Shown: positions 47,870-59,932, counted from the first letter of the whole stretch. The stretch: 62,929 nt of DNA, filler included, from Octopus bimaculoides (GCF_001194135.2; 5 parts of 5 records of this genome joined end to end with filler, not necessarily neighbours in it); one strand, 5' to 3'. Made by a program: numbers and translations. The notes: a model not told the origin generated them from the letters alone.

Positions 47870-49120
47870 CTTTATGATAATTCCATTAATTGAAATAAAT
47901 TTAGATATCTTGATTTTATTAAAATTATTGATGATTTGGTAGCTCAGTAGGTATGGGTGTTGCAAAGTGGTAATATAACAAGTGGAGGTTTCAAATCTCT
48001 TCCAGGAATTACAAAGGTTCTTATTAAATAACATTTTTATTTACACAACCAAATTTCCCCCGGCAAAAAGATTGTCTGTGTGAAGAAGGGGCCACAAAGC
48101 AGCTTTGACATAATAACCAAATCTCCTCCAAATCTTTATAGTAAACCCAATAATTGAAATAAATTTAAATATCTTAATTTTCTTATAAAACTTGTTATTT
48201 CTTTGATGTCCCAATAGGTAAGAGTGTTTAGAAATAATAGCAAAATACTCTCGTGGAGGTTTCAAATCTCTGCCAGAGATTACAAGATGTCTTATTAAAT
48301 ATTTTTATCTAAGCAACCAAATTTTCATCAATAAAAAGATTGTGTGTGAAGAAGGGAGTCAAAAACAACCTTGACATAGTAACCAAATCTCATTCAACTC
48401 TTTGTAGTAAGCCCAGTAATTGAAATAAATTTAAATATCTTCATTTTCACAGGAGAATTGTTGCTTTGGTGGCCTAACAGGTCAGGATGTTTAGAAGTGG
48501 AGGTTTCNNNNNNNNNNTGGCCCAGTAGGTAAGGGTGTTTAAAAGTAGTAACAAAACACAAGCAGAGATTTCTAATCTCTGCCAGGAATTACAGGGTGGT
48601 CTTACTAAACATTTTCATTTCTTACCTCTGGAGATTAAAAAAAAAATGAAAAATTTTAATAAGACCCCTTAATGCAGGCCCTGGGTAGGATTGAACCCAG
48701 CTCAGGATGTTCAATGTGGTTTTCTAATTATGTCTCTACCCACGAGACCACCAAGACACCTAACATTAATGTAGTAAATTAAGGGATATTTAAATCTATC
48801 ATAACTAAAGATAAAAAACAAAAATTATCTCATCACAGCTGTAGCTCAGTAATTAATTCCAAATTGGGGACCTGTTTAGATGCCTTTGTAGGTAAGAACA
48901 TTGATTAGTAAGTAGGGATTTAATGCACTGGGAGAGGGTTTCAATCTGTAACTCTCTCAAGGAATTACAAGAGCAGTGGAGTGCAGGGAGTAAATATTTT
49001 ATTTTTAAAAAAAATTCAAATTTTTATGAACACCAAGGATAGTGATCATGGAAGGGATTGAACCTTGCTCAAGATGTGTAATACAGCATGTGTAATTACC
49101 CACATGGCCACAAAGACAAC
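47870..49120. repeat. Degenerate tandem array (about 270-bp period) of tRNA-like units
   Basis: GTGGAGGTTTC recurs at 47982, 48253 and 48497, and flanking blocks (AATTGAAATAAATTTAAATATCTT, GAAGAAGGG) repeat. Each unit has A-box-like TGGCCCAGTAGG and B-box-like GGTTTCAAATCT. Two minus-strand tRNA-like units lie at 48679-48756 and 49046-49116. Confidence 0.7.
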
Positions 49121-50224
49121 NNNNNNNNNNNNNNNNNNNNNNNNNNNNNNNNNNNNNNNNNNNNNNNNNNNNNNNNNNNNNNNNNNNNNNNNNNNNNNNN
49201 NNNNNNNNNNNNNNNNNNNNNNNNNNNNNNNNNNNNNNNNNNNNNNNNNNNNNNNNNNNNNNNNNNNNNNNNNNNNNNNNNNNNNNNNNNNNNNNNNNNN
49301 NNNNNNNNNNNNNNNNNNNNNNNNNNNNNNNNNNNNNNNNNNNNNNNNNNNNNNNNNNNNNNNNNNNNNNNNNNNNNNNNNNNNNNNNNNNNNNNNNNNN
49401 NNNNNNNNNNNNNNNNNNNNNNNNNNNNNNNNNNNNNNNNNNNNNNNNNNNNNNNNNNNNNNNNNNNNNNNNNNNNNNNNNNNNNNNNNNNNNNNNNNNN
49501 NNNNNNNNNNNNNNNNNNNNNNNNNNNNNNNNNNNNNNNNNNNNNNNNNNNNNNNNNNNNNNNNNNNNNNNNNNNNNNNNNNNNNNNNNNNNNNNNNNNN
49601 NNNNNNNNNNNNNNNNNNNNNNNNNNNNNNNNNNNNGTGGTAGGAAGATTGTCTGGTTAATTGTATTTTAATGGTGAGGACTGATACTTCACACCTCCTC
49701 CTGCAATTCAAGAGGAGGAAATGGTGACAATATACATAAGCAAATAAGACAGTGAAACCCTTACATTCCTTGCCTTAGTATGTCTTAAGAAGTGCATCAT
49801 CATGAAGATTCCAAGACATATTAAAAGAATGAATGTAATGGCTAGTCACATGTTATGGCAGCCACATTTTCAGTATAGAAGACCATCATCCACATAGCTC
49901 TGACTCTTTCAGAAGGATGTCAAGGTTGTCAACAGACATTGGGGGGAAAAAGCAAAACACATAACTCAAAAAACCCAGAAGAGAACTGCTATGGCCTCTC
50001 TCCACTGTACAAACATGGAAGGGACTGACTGAGTTTTGAATAAGTAAGATTACAAATTATATCTGAAGGTACAGATGTGTCTCCACTAAATCAGGACATA
50101 AACAAATCCACAACAATTATCAAGAGGTGAGAGATAAACAAACATATACAGAGTTACAAATACACACACAATTACATATATAAATATGTGCATACACAAA
50201 CACATACCAATGTATATATGTGAC

Positions 50225-50340
50225 AGACTTCCACAGAAATTTCTGTCTATCAAATCCACTCACAAAGCTTTGGTTGGCCCAGGGCTATATAGTAGAAGAC
50301 ACTTGTATGCAGTTCGGAAGCAAACTTCTTAACTACACAA
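50225..50340 (-). mobile_element. SINE family A fragment
   Basis: AAATCCACTCACAAAGCTTTGGTTGGCCC...AGTAGAAGACACTTG...GGAAGCAAACTTCTTAAC. Confidence 0.7.
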
Positions 50341-50592
50341 TGTGGAGATATTTTCCCACCTTTCTGTGGGAAAATCCTTCCTGATTTATGAGCTTTCAAT
50401 TAAAGCGCAATAATTAGGAACAAATTAATTCTTAAAGGTGAGAACTATTTGTGTTAATAATTACAAGGTCACCAGTTCAAACCATGCTACTAGCTGGTCC
50501 TGATGTAGGACTGGATGGGTGGGTGGATGAGTAATTGCTAGACATACCAGTTAAGGAAAATTGTGGTGAAAGAGAAAAACATCAAGTGTGTT

Positions 50593-50687
<95 letters not shown>

Positions 50688-50914
50688 TGATAGTGGTAGG
50701 AAGATTGTCTGGTTAATTGTATTTTAATGGTGAGGACTGATACTTCACACCTCCTCCATCTGTGAGTAAATAATGAATATATGTACTTGATAGGTCTAGT
50801 TACCTCAATGTCAGTTACCTAACTGATACATATAAGCTCATGAACATTTGTATATGTATGTTCATATCTATGTGTGTATGCATGTGAGTGTGCAAATGTA
50901 TATAATACACACAT

Positions 50915-51215
50915 ATATCATCCTCATTATCCCCACTGTTTAGCATCTGCCTTCCATGCTGGCCAGGTAGGGGTCTGCACCAGACTTCTGTCACTGTTTT
51001 GGCAGGGTTTTTATGGTTGGATGCCCTTCCTAACACTAATCACCCAGCAGGATGGAATTAGTGCTTTTTACGTGACACAAGCACAAGTGAGGTCAATTTG
51101 GCATGGTTTTTACAGCTGGATGCCCTTCCAAATGCCAACCACTTTACAGTATGGACTGGTAGCTTTTTAAGTGGCACCAGCACTGGCAGGATCATCAAGT
51201 AACTTGCAAGACAAA
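50915..51215 (-). mobile_element. RTE LINE 3' UTR fragment
   Basis: TTTAGCATCTGCCTTCCATGCTGG and two TGGATGCCCTTCC modules. Confidence 0.65.
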
Positions 51216-51344
51216 GATCCTTTGAGAGGGGTATTAAAGGAGTTGGTGGGTATCATCTTCTTCAGCTGTCTGTTGTAAGACGACAATGACAGTTTTTATT
51301 CAGTAGTCATCTTCTAGCAGGCTCGCATGTGGGCTACAAAGCCT

Positions 51345-52300
51345 GCTCTTGAGCTGCAGCAGCAATGACATTTATTGCAGGTGAAGCTACTTTATGCAAT
51401 GGAGAAGAAACACCTGTCATGTGCCTTTTCATATTCTCACAGCTGGTTCTTCTCAATGGCTGGAATTATGAGCTTCAGCAATTGGTGCCATTCATTGCAC
51501 TACAGGGCCTTCTCCTCCCATATGTTTGGAGAGATGCTGGAGTTCTTCATATATCTCTTCGTTGTCGGGTGCATTCTTCACCTGGGAAGGTTTTGGCATT
51601 CATAAGTAGCCATCTTTCTCATTCCCTGGCGAGGATGTAGTCAATTTGATTATAGATCAGTCGGTGAATAGGTGGCTAGCAGGTTTCCTGAAGTTAGTGT
51701 TACAAACCATAAAATTATTTACATCACAGAACTCTGGCAGCCTGGTTCCCTCCTCATTGTGGAAACCAAGACCAAAGCCTTCATGTACACCATGGAAGCT
51801 CCCTGCATGTTGTCCAATATGCCTATTAAAGTCACCAGCCACAAAGAGAAGGTCCCTGTCATTTGTCGATGAGGTAGTCTGCAGGAGGGTGTCATAAAAT
51901 CGGTCTTTCTGTCCATCAGGTAGCCCTGGCTGAGGGGCATAGGCCGAGAAAATGGTTGCTTACCCATGATGCAGCATTAATCTAATCCTAAGTATTCTAT
52001 CACAGACTCTGACTACCTCGATTATCTTATCAACCCATTTCTCCACACCGTCAGTGTTCCCTACCCAGAAAATCTTGTACCCATGTTCTTTGCCTGTGAG
52101 GAACCTAGTGGAACTTCCTCTCCACCTTACTTCTTGGAGGCAGCACAAATCTACATGTCGCCAATCAAGCATCTCAACAATTTCACCAGACCTACCTTCC
52201 TGTGTGCCCACGTTGAGTGTGCCAACCCTGAGGGTGTGGGAGGTGTGGGCCTGTGAGACCTTGGGATGGGGGGACATCAGCGTCATGTACCTGAAAAGAA
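51345..52300 (-). mobile_element. RTE LINE ORF2 N-terminal AP-endonuclease domain (pseudogene)
   Basis: LRVGTLNVGT, DLCCLQEVRW and AGDFNRHIG...NEEGTRLPEFCDVNNFMVCNTNF are APE motifs, with frameshifts and stops. Confidence 0.88.
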
Positions 52301-53526
52301 AGCTCGCATTTGGCAGAACATATGTACATACAATAGTCTTCAACTTGCATACACCACACCATCATTTTATGCTCTACATGATCACTACCTTACATCGGAG
52401 ATAAACCCTAAGTAGGGATGGGGGCTGCATTATGCCTTTAGAAGTGTTCATGAGAGACNNNNNNNNNNNNNNNNNNNNNNNNNNNNNNNNNNNNNNNNNN
52501 NNNNNNNNNNNNNNNNNNNNNNNNNNNNNNNNNNNNNNNNNNNNNNNNNNNNNNNNNNNNNNNNNNNNNNNNNNNNNNNNNNNNNNNNNNNNNNNNNNNN
52601 NNNNNNNNNNNNNNNNNNNNNNNNNNNNNNNNNNNNNNNNNNNNNNNNNNNNNNNNNNNNNNNNNNNNNNNNNNNNNNNNNNNNNNNNNNNNNNNNNNNN
52701 NNNNNNNNNNNNNNNNNNNNNNNNNNNNNNNNNNNNNNNNNNNNNNNNNNNNNNNNNNNNNNNNNNNNNNNNNNNNNNNNNNNNNNNNNNNNNNNNNNNN
52801 NNNNNNNNNNNNNNNNNNNNNNNNNNNNNNNNNNNNNNNNNNNNNNNNNNNNNNNNNNNNNNNNNNNNNNNNNNNNNNNNNNNNNNNNNNNNNNNNNNNN
52901 NNNNNNNNNNNNNNNNNNNNNNNNNNNNNNNNNNNNNNNNNNNNNNNNNNNNNNNNNNNNNNNNNNNNNNNNNNNNNNNNNNNNNNNNNNNNNNNNNNNN
53001 NNNNNNNNNNNNNNNNNNNNNNNNNNNNNNNNNNNNNNNNNNNNNNNNNNNNNNNNNNNNNNNNNNNNNNNNNNNNNNNNNNNNNNNNNNNNNNNNNNNN
53101 NNNNNNNNNNNNNNNNNNNNNNNNNNNNNNNNNNNNNNNNNNNNNNNNNNNNNNNNNNNNNNNNNNNNNNNNNNNNNNNNNNNNNNNNNNNNNNNNNNNN
53201 NNNNNNNNNNNNNNNNNNNNNNNNNNNNNNNNNNNNNNNNNNNNNNNNNNNNNNNNNNNNNNNNNNNNNNNNNNNNNNNNNNGTATATATATAGTATAAA
53301 TAATTAAATGGAGTTAAATGCAAGTGTTATTCAAATTCTTTTACTTCCAACATATGTTTCAAAGACAACATTGGTATTATTCCAAAGGAATAAATGGTGT
53401 AAATTAATGCAATATTCTCATCAGAGAAAGAAAGAGAAACAAACTCAACAATAAGGTATTTTAACAAATGTGATGACCATGTAAATGAGGAACAAAATGC
53501 TATTAAGTATTTTAAAAAAACCGTTA

Positions 53527-53709
53527 GTAGACTTAACTTGTATTGAATATTTCGGGGTTATAACCCCATTTTCAAGAAATTGACGAATGTTGCTGATGTG
53601 CGTGGGTGTGTGTATGTGTAGAACGCTCACCCACACGCACACGCAACATTCGTCAATTTTTTGAAAATGATGTCATTACCAACAAATACTGAATACACGG
53701 TAAGTCTAC
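53527..53709. repeat. Small fold-back element (about 82-bp imperfect arms)
   Basis: GTAGACTTA...CATTTTCAAGAAATTGACGAATGTTGC...GTGGGTG mirrors CACCCAC...GCAACATTCGTCAATTTTTTGAAAATG...TAAGTCTAC. Confidence 0.8.
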
Positions 53710-53826
53710 ATTAATTCACATAATTGTTTTCTTGTGATTTACCTTGCACTTACTTTGCATTGTTTTGACCTTACATACGATCTTTTATACAATACATATA
53801 TGTATATAGATATATCTATATATGTA

Positions 53827-54719
53827 TCAAAGGGCCTTAGAGTCAACCTAGCTAAAACCAAAGTCCTAATAAGTTGGAAGGCAGACAAACCACAAACCAC
53901 AAACCCCTTCAGGCCCTGCTCGATCCATAGAAAAAGTGTAGGTAGAAACTCTATAAGATGTACCCAGTGTAAGCTATGGACACTTAAGAGGTGCAGCAAT
54001 ATCAAAGGAAGGCTAACTGGGAAGATAGTTTTTGTATGTGGCAGATGCTCAGGAGCAATAAACACTGGAAATGTGCAGAGAACAACTTCTGCCACATTCC
54101 AGGGAGAAAAACTGGAAGTAGTTGATAGCTTCCGTTACCTAGGTGACAAAAGTCAGTAGTTGGGGAGGTTGCACTGAAAGTGTAGCTGCTAGAATAAGAA
54201 TAGCCTGAGCAAGGTTCAGAGAGCTCTTACCTGTGCTGGTGACAAGGGGCCTCTCACTTAGAGTAAAAGNNNNNNNNNNAGAGCTCTTACCTGTGCTGGT
54301 GACAAGGGGCCTCTCACTTAGAGTAAAAGGCAGACTGTATGACGCATGTGTACAAACAGCCATGCTTCATGGCACTGAAAAATGGGCCGTGACTGCTGAG
54401 GACATGCATAGGCTTGCAAGGAATGAAGCCAGTGTGCTCCAATGGATGTGTAATGTCAGTGTGCATACTAGACAGAGTGTTAGTACCTTGAGAGAAAAGG
54501 TGGACCTAAAAATCATCAGATATGGTGTACAAGAGAGACGACTGCGCTGGTATGGTCATACAGTGAGAATGGATGAGGATAGATGTGTGAAAAAGTACCA
54601 TACCCTAGCGGTTGAGGGAACCTGTGGAAGAGGTAGACCCAGTAACCCCTGAGATAAGGTGGTGAAGCACGATCTTCAAACATTAGGCCTCACCGAGGCA
54701 ATAACTAGTGACCGAGACC
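53827..54719 (+). mobile_element. RTE LINE fragment (RT C-terminal half with PHD-like finger)
   Basis: SKGLRVNLAKTKVL...RCTQCKLWTLKRC...FVCGRC...FRYLGD...RLRWYGH...GRGRP, highly similar to 14955-15755. Confidence 0.9.
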
Positions 54720-54763
54720 NNNNNNNNNNNNNNNNNNNNNNNNNNNNNNNNNNNNNNNNNNNN

Positions 54764-54775
54764 TTAATTAATTAA
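54764..54775. other. Artificial scaffold linker TTAATTAATTAA
   Basis: Same 44N+12+44N cassette. Confidence 0.9.
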
Positions 54776-54935
54776 NNNNNNNNNNNNNNNNNNNNNNNNN
54801 NNNNNNNNNNNNNNNNNNNGTGCTATACTAGGTGCAATCAATGGGAGCGATATACATATATATATATATAATATATATACATATATATATATACATATAT
54901 ATATATACATATATATATATACATATATATATATA

Positions 54936-55340
54936 TTCCAGGTATGGAAACAAAACCTGGAATCAAAGGGCCTTAAAGTTAACCTAGCTAAGATAAAAGT
55001 GGTTGTTAGTAAGAAAGAAGATAAAACTTCCTTTCCATCAGGTAAATGGCGCTGCTCCATATGTAGGAAAAGAGTTGGAAGAAATTCCATTCGCTGCACC
55101 CAGAGTAAACTATGGACACATAAGAGGTGCAGTGGAATCACAAGTAGATTAACAAATAAAGTAGTCTTTGTATGTGGCAGATGTGCAGGAACAATAAGCA
55201 CTAAGAACACATGGAACTTAGATTTTCTCAAATGCCCAGGAGGCTGTCTTGAGGGTGTAGATAGTTTCTGTCACCTAGGTGACCAAATTAGCAATGGTGG
55301 AGGATGCTCTGAAAGTATTGTTTCTAGAATAAGAATAGGG
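54936..55340 (+). mobile_element. RTE LINE fragment, divergent subfamily, with PHD-like finger
   Basis: WKQNLESKGLKVNLAKIKV...WRCSICRKRVGRNSIRCTQSKLWTHKRC...FVCGRC...SFCHLGDQISNGGGC. Confidence 0.88.
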
Positions 55341-55581
55341 TGAAAGAAGTTTTTTTTTTTTGTCTTACAAGTACTTGGTGACCCTGTCAGTGCAGGTGTC
55401 ACTTAAAAGTATCCAGTCCACACTGTAAAGTGGTTGGTGCTCAGAAAGACATCCAGCTGTAAAAACCTTGCCAAAATTAACCTCACCTGTACTTGTGCCA
55501 TGAAAAAAGTCCACTCTGCTGACTGGTTGGTATTAGGAAGAGCATCCAGCTGTAAAAATCTTGCCAAAACAGTTATATATA

Positions 55582-56679
55582 TCTTAATATATAAAGCTGA
55601 AATTGTGTGTCTGTGTGAAGCCTTTTTAAAAGTATATAGAAATCCACATTTTCCACTTTTTCGTAAAAATTTTTACATCAATGGAATTTTCTCGATGTGA
55701 ACTTTCCAGTGCAGTAATTAGATTTTTTAAATTCCGTTTACTTTGTGTGATTTAAGGGAGATTTGGCTGTTGTTTCTAGCAACTTTTATATTTCTTCCCT
55801 TCTACCTGGAACGGCGTTCTTACACACACGCTCAACATATTATATAGAGAGTAAGAGTAAAAGAGGGAGAGTGAGAGAGAGAGAGAGAAAGTGATACATA
55901 CAAAGTCATAGATTAAACTTTCCTCTCAGTATTCTTTACCTATTTTCATAACATTGATACGTAAAAACACACACAACCACACATACGTGATCTGTGACAA
56001 CAACATACACATTGCTCTCGNNNNNNNNNNNNNNNNNNNNNNNNNNNNNNNNNNNNNNNNNNNNNNNNNNNNNNNNNNNNNNNNNNNNNNNNNNNNNNNN
56101 NNNNNNNNNNNNNNNNNNNNNNNNNNNNNNNNNNNNNNNNNNNNNNNNNNNNNNNNNNNNNNNNNNNNNNNNNNNNNNNNNNNNNNNNNNNNNNNNNNNN
56201 NNNNNNNNNNNNNNNNNNNNNNNNNNNNNNNNNNNNNNNNNNNNNNNNNNNNNNNNNNNATGAATATTTTTTCATGAAATTTTCTACAAATATACCTTGA
56301 TGTATGTACATTTCAAGCATGCAGGAATTTTGAAGGAAACAACTGCAGGTTATTTTTGAGAAGTGTTCTCTATTATGTGCTTATGTGCATCCGTAGATTT
56401 CTAATGAAGTAATAGGCAGTGAAGAGAAGCCGTCATAAGAAAACTTTTAACTACCTCTATTCCTTTCTCCCCCTCTCTCTACATCTTCCTCTCTCACTCT
56501 CTCAAACGCATACACGTGCAAGTACACAATCATTCAGTAAAATATAACTCATGTTCGTCAATGTTTTGTAAATATACCACGATTTTCACTAGGGTGTTAG
56601 GATTAGGGTTTAGGGTTAGGGTTACGGTTACGGTTAGGATTAGTGTTACGGTTACAGTTTTAGGGTTAGGGTTAGGGTT

Positions 56680-56712
<33 letters not shown>

Positions 56713-57360
56713 TAGGGTTAGTGTTAGGATTAGGTTTAGGATTAGGGTTGGGTAATTGTGCGGGTGTTAATCTGAAAAATTACAGATATGTGAAAAGTAC
56801 CGACCCTGCCATCTATTATAACTTTTGTTGTTCTGTTTAATATATACATAGATTATGCTTCCAAAGAAGAGAGTTTGCTGGTGAAAGACAGCAACTGGTT
56901 TAAAATGACAGCAACAGACTGCAGCAATTAACCACATTCCAGAAGCTACTTTGAACATAATGCAAAATGGTACATCAACATCTTCTGCCCAATCTGATAG
57001 AATTCTGGCAAAACTGTGCAGCAACAGATTGCCAGCAATTGCTTCATTACAAATTGCCATCCTAGCTCCTGCGAAAAGGGATTACCCTGCTATGTATAAT
57101 CAGGGCAGCGCAAAAAGTTGTTTTGCACAAAGCACTTCTATAGCCAATTAGACGGATGAAATTTACGTACGCTTAATAATTTTACACAAAACAGCCTTCA
57201 GACTTTCCTTATTAATTTCATCGTCTTTTGAATTATGAACATATTTACATCATAAGGGTTTTTTCGTTGTAAGGCTTTCTTTTTTAGTTGATTTTCAGCT
57301 AGCAAGACTTATCGTAGATGGCATAAGTCACACCCGGACAAGGTCGGGTTATACTGCTAG
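55582..57360 (+). mobile_element. Non-autonomous Helitron (ends may belong to two elements, separated by an N gap)
   Basis: 5' A|TCTTAATATATAAAGCTGAAATTGTGTGTCTG at 55582. 3' hairpin CCCGGACAAGGTCGGG plus TTATACTG-CTAG|T ending at 57360. No TSD, as expected for Helitrons. Gap at 56021-56259. Confidence 0.6.
56590..56752 (+). repeat. Degenerate interstitial telomere-like (TTAGGG)n tract
   Basis: TTAGGG mixed with TTTAGGG, TTACGG, TTAGGA and TTAGTG variants over about 160 bp. Confidence 0.85.
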
Positions 57361-57980
57361 TATATATATATATATATATGAAAAAAGAGAAAATTAGAAT
57401 CTGGAATGGAAAGTAAATAGAATGATTTTAAACCAGATTAAAAACGAGAGAAAAGTATTTTATGTGTAATGGAAATGCAAAAGGGAAATAATCTTGTATT
57501 TATACTTGTAGTGTTGACATATATATATACACACACGATAAACGTATGGTAATAAAGGTAATGGCAATGTTATTTATATAGGAAAATGATGCTTGTGTTT
57601 ACTAGTAAGAGATCAAGTGTTTAACGATATATAAAGATATATAAAGGTGATGAATGCTCTGTTGATCTAAAGAGAGAGAGTGTGTTATTAAGTGAAATGG
57701 AAATTAGAGGGGGAAAAAATTAAAGGATTAATGGAGTTAAAAAATTACTTGCTTGAACTAAGTTAATATTTGTACCATTTTGGTACTCACAGTTGTCACA
57801 TTCGGCAATAATGTCTTATGGTTGAGTTGCTTCTTATGTGTTTCCCTGAAGAGAAGATTACATCTTTATCAACTTCACTCATTCCTTTGGAATGAACCAA
57901 TTGTAATCTTCGAAATATATGTCAGAAATAAAAGAAATCATTTAACACATGTGTATAACTCCATTTATTAAATTTTATAT

Positions 57981-58179
57981 ATCAGTTGTGGTGTGCAAGA
58001 GAGACGATTGCGCTGGTATGGACATGTGGTGAGAATGGATGAGGATAGCTGCGTGAAAAAGTGCCACACCCTAACAGTTGAGGGAACCCGTGGAAGAGGT
58101 AGGCCCAGGAAGACCTGGGCTGAGGTGGTGAGGCAAGACCTTCGTACATTGGGACTCACTGAGGCGATGACTACTGACC
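57981..58179 (+). mobile_element. RTE LINE C-terminal fragment
   Basis: CGVQERRLRWYGHVVRMDEDSCVKKCHTLTVEGTRGRGRPRKTW. Confidence 0.88.
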
Positions 58180-58223
58180 NNNNNNNNNNNNNNNNNNNNN
58201 NNNNNNNNNNNNNNNNNNNNNNN

Positions 58224-58235
58224 TTAATTAATTAA
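58224..58235. other. Artificial scaffold linker TTAATTAATTAA
   Basis: Same 44N+12+44N cassette. Confidence 0.9.
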
Positions 58236-58279
58236 NNNNNNNNNNNNNNNNNNNNNNNNNNNNNNNNNNNNNNNNNNNN

Positions 58280-58620
58280 TGGAAGAGCCCTGCTTCTCAC
58301 ATGGACAACTGTATGTTGGCTGCTCAAGAGTGGGCAGCAAAAAAAAAAACCTATTTGTATATGCTCCACAAGGGAACACAAGGTACATAGTTTACAACGA
58401 GGTGTTATAATCACAACAGCAAGAAAGTATGTACATGATCACCTTCTTTTACGAAACTTCATTGACTTTCATATATTTATATTGATATACATATATATAC
58501 ATGTGTTTGGGTGCGTGTGTGTATATACATCTCTATATATAAAGATGATGCGTAGTCTAGACGGCGTTTTTAGATTTCATTATTCTCTTTAACCCGGGCA
58601 ACGCCGGGTATTTCTCCTAA
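58280..58620 (+). mobile_element. Helitron 3' end with Pif1 helicase C-terminus
   Basis: 58282-58410 reads EEPCFSHGQLYVGCSRVGSKKKNLFVYAPQGNTRYIVYNEVL*, carrying the FSHGQLYV-x-CSRV helicase motif VI of RepHel. It ends with hairpin CCCGGGCAACGCCGGG and CTAA|T (mutated CTAG). Confidence 0.9.
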
Positions 58621-58972
58621 TATATATATATATAATCGTGTAACATTTTCTCCGTTTTCTCGTATTTTTGTCTGTGTTGTCGTACACATTCGCTTGCCTT
58701 CTTCCCCAAATTTAATGCTCTTAGCTTAGATATTTGGGGGCTATCAATTTTGATAGTCTCAAGTGTAACAGGCCAAAACTGTAATGATAATTGGAAGCTT
58801 GACTGATGAACAGAAGGCCACGAATGATCTACCCTGAGTTTTCCCTGTCCGTCCTTGTATTGTCTATCTGTCTGTATGTTTTTATTGTCGTCCGTTACGT
58901 TCTTATTTACACACACACACGCGCACGCACACACACGCACACGCACACGCGCCCCCCACACACACGCACACG

Positions 58973-59019
<47 letters not shown>

Positions 59020-59020
<1 letters not shown>

Positions 59021-59723
59021 CGATCTCTATATGCGTGTTTGTGCATCTCTGTGTCTTTTTGCCTGCGTTTGTACCCCCACCACCGTATGACCACGCGTGT
59101 TGGTGTATCTTCGTCACCGTGCGTTAGTGCTTCGGCCACAGTACCGATGGAATAAATACCAGACTCTAAAAAGTATACATATTAAGGTGGATTCGTTTGG
59201 CTAAAATTTTTGAAGGCGCAACACCATCGTGGCCGCTCTCTAATGATTGCAACAAACAACAGAGGAAGCTTGCTTCTCAACCACATGGTCACGGGTTCAG
59301 TGCCACTACGTCGCAACTTAGGCAGCTGTCTTCTATAATAGCCTCGGTTAAGTAAAGTCTTGTGAGCGGATTTGGTAGACGGAAACTGAAAGAAGCCCAT
59401 CGTATATCTATATATGTATATATATTTTTATGTTTGTCATTGTGACTGTGTTTGTTACACCACCATCGCTTGATAACCAATCTTCGTGTATTTATATCCC
59501 CGTAATATAGCAAATCGACAGAAGTGACAGATAGGCTCAGGAGTGGATGTGTGGTAAGTAGCTTGCCTCCCAACCACATGGTTCCGGGTTCAGTCCCACT
59601 GCGTGGCACCTTGGGTCAGTGTCTTCTACAATAGCCTCGGGCCAACCAAAACCTTGTGAGGGGATGTGGTAGACGGAAACTGAAAGAAGCCCGTCACATA
59701 AATATATATATATATATATCTAC

Positions 59724-59768
<45 letters not shown>

Positions 59769-59932
59769 TGTGTGTGTTTGTGTGTATGATTGTGTTTGTG
59801 TGTCTGTGTTTGTCTACCTACCATCACTTGACAACCGATGCTGGTGTGTTTACGTCCACGTAACTTAGCGGTTCAGCAAAAGGAAGCCGATAGAATAAGT
59901 ACCAAACTATGAAGAGGCACCGGTGTCGATTC
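59020..59932 (+). mobile_element. Head-to-tail array of three SINE family A copies or halves
   Basis: A 3' half at 59020-59250, a copy at 59265-59530 and a copy at 59535-59932, all on the plus strand. Confidence 0.78.

Noticed and set aside
47934-49116. Functional tRNA genes
   Set aside because: Stems and anticodon arms are too degenerate to assign an isotype, so they are reported only as tRNA-like repeats.
54220-54329. 50-bp direct repeat inside the RTE LINE
   Set aside because: Two identical copies separated by exactly 10 N: overlapping contig ends, an assembly artefact.
56590-56752. Chromosome end-to-end fusion site
   Set aside because: The repeats are in one orientation only, with no head-to-head TTAGGG/CCCTAA junction, and they lie inside apparent transposon sequence.
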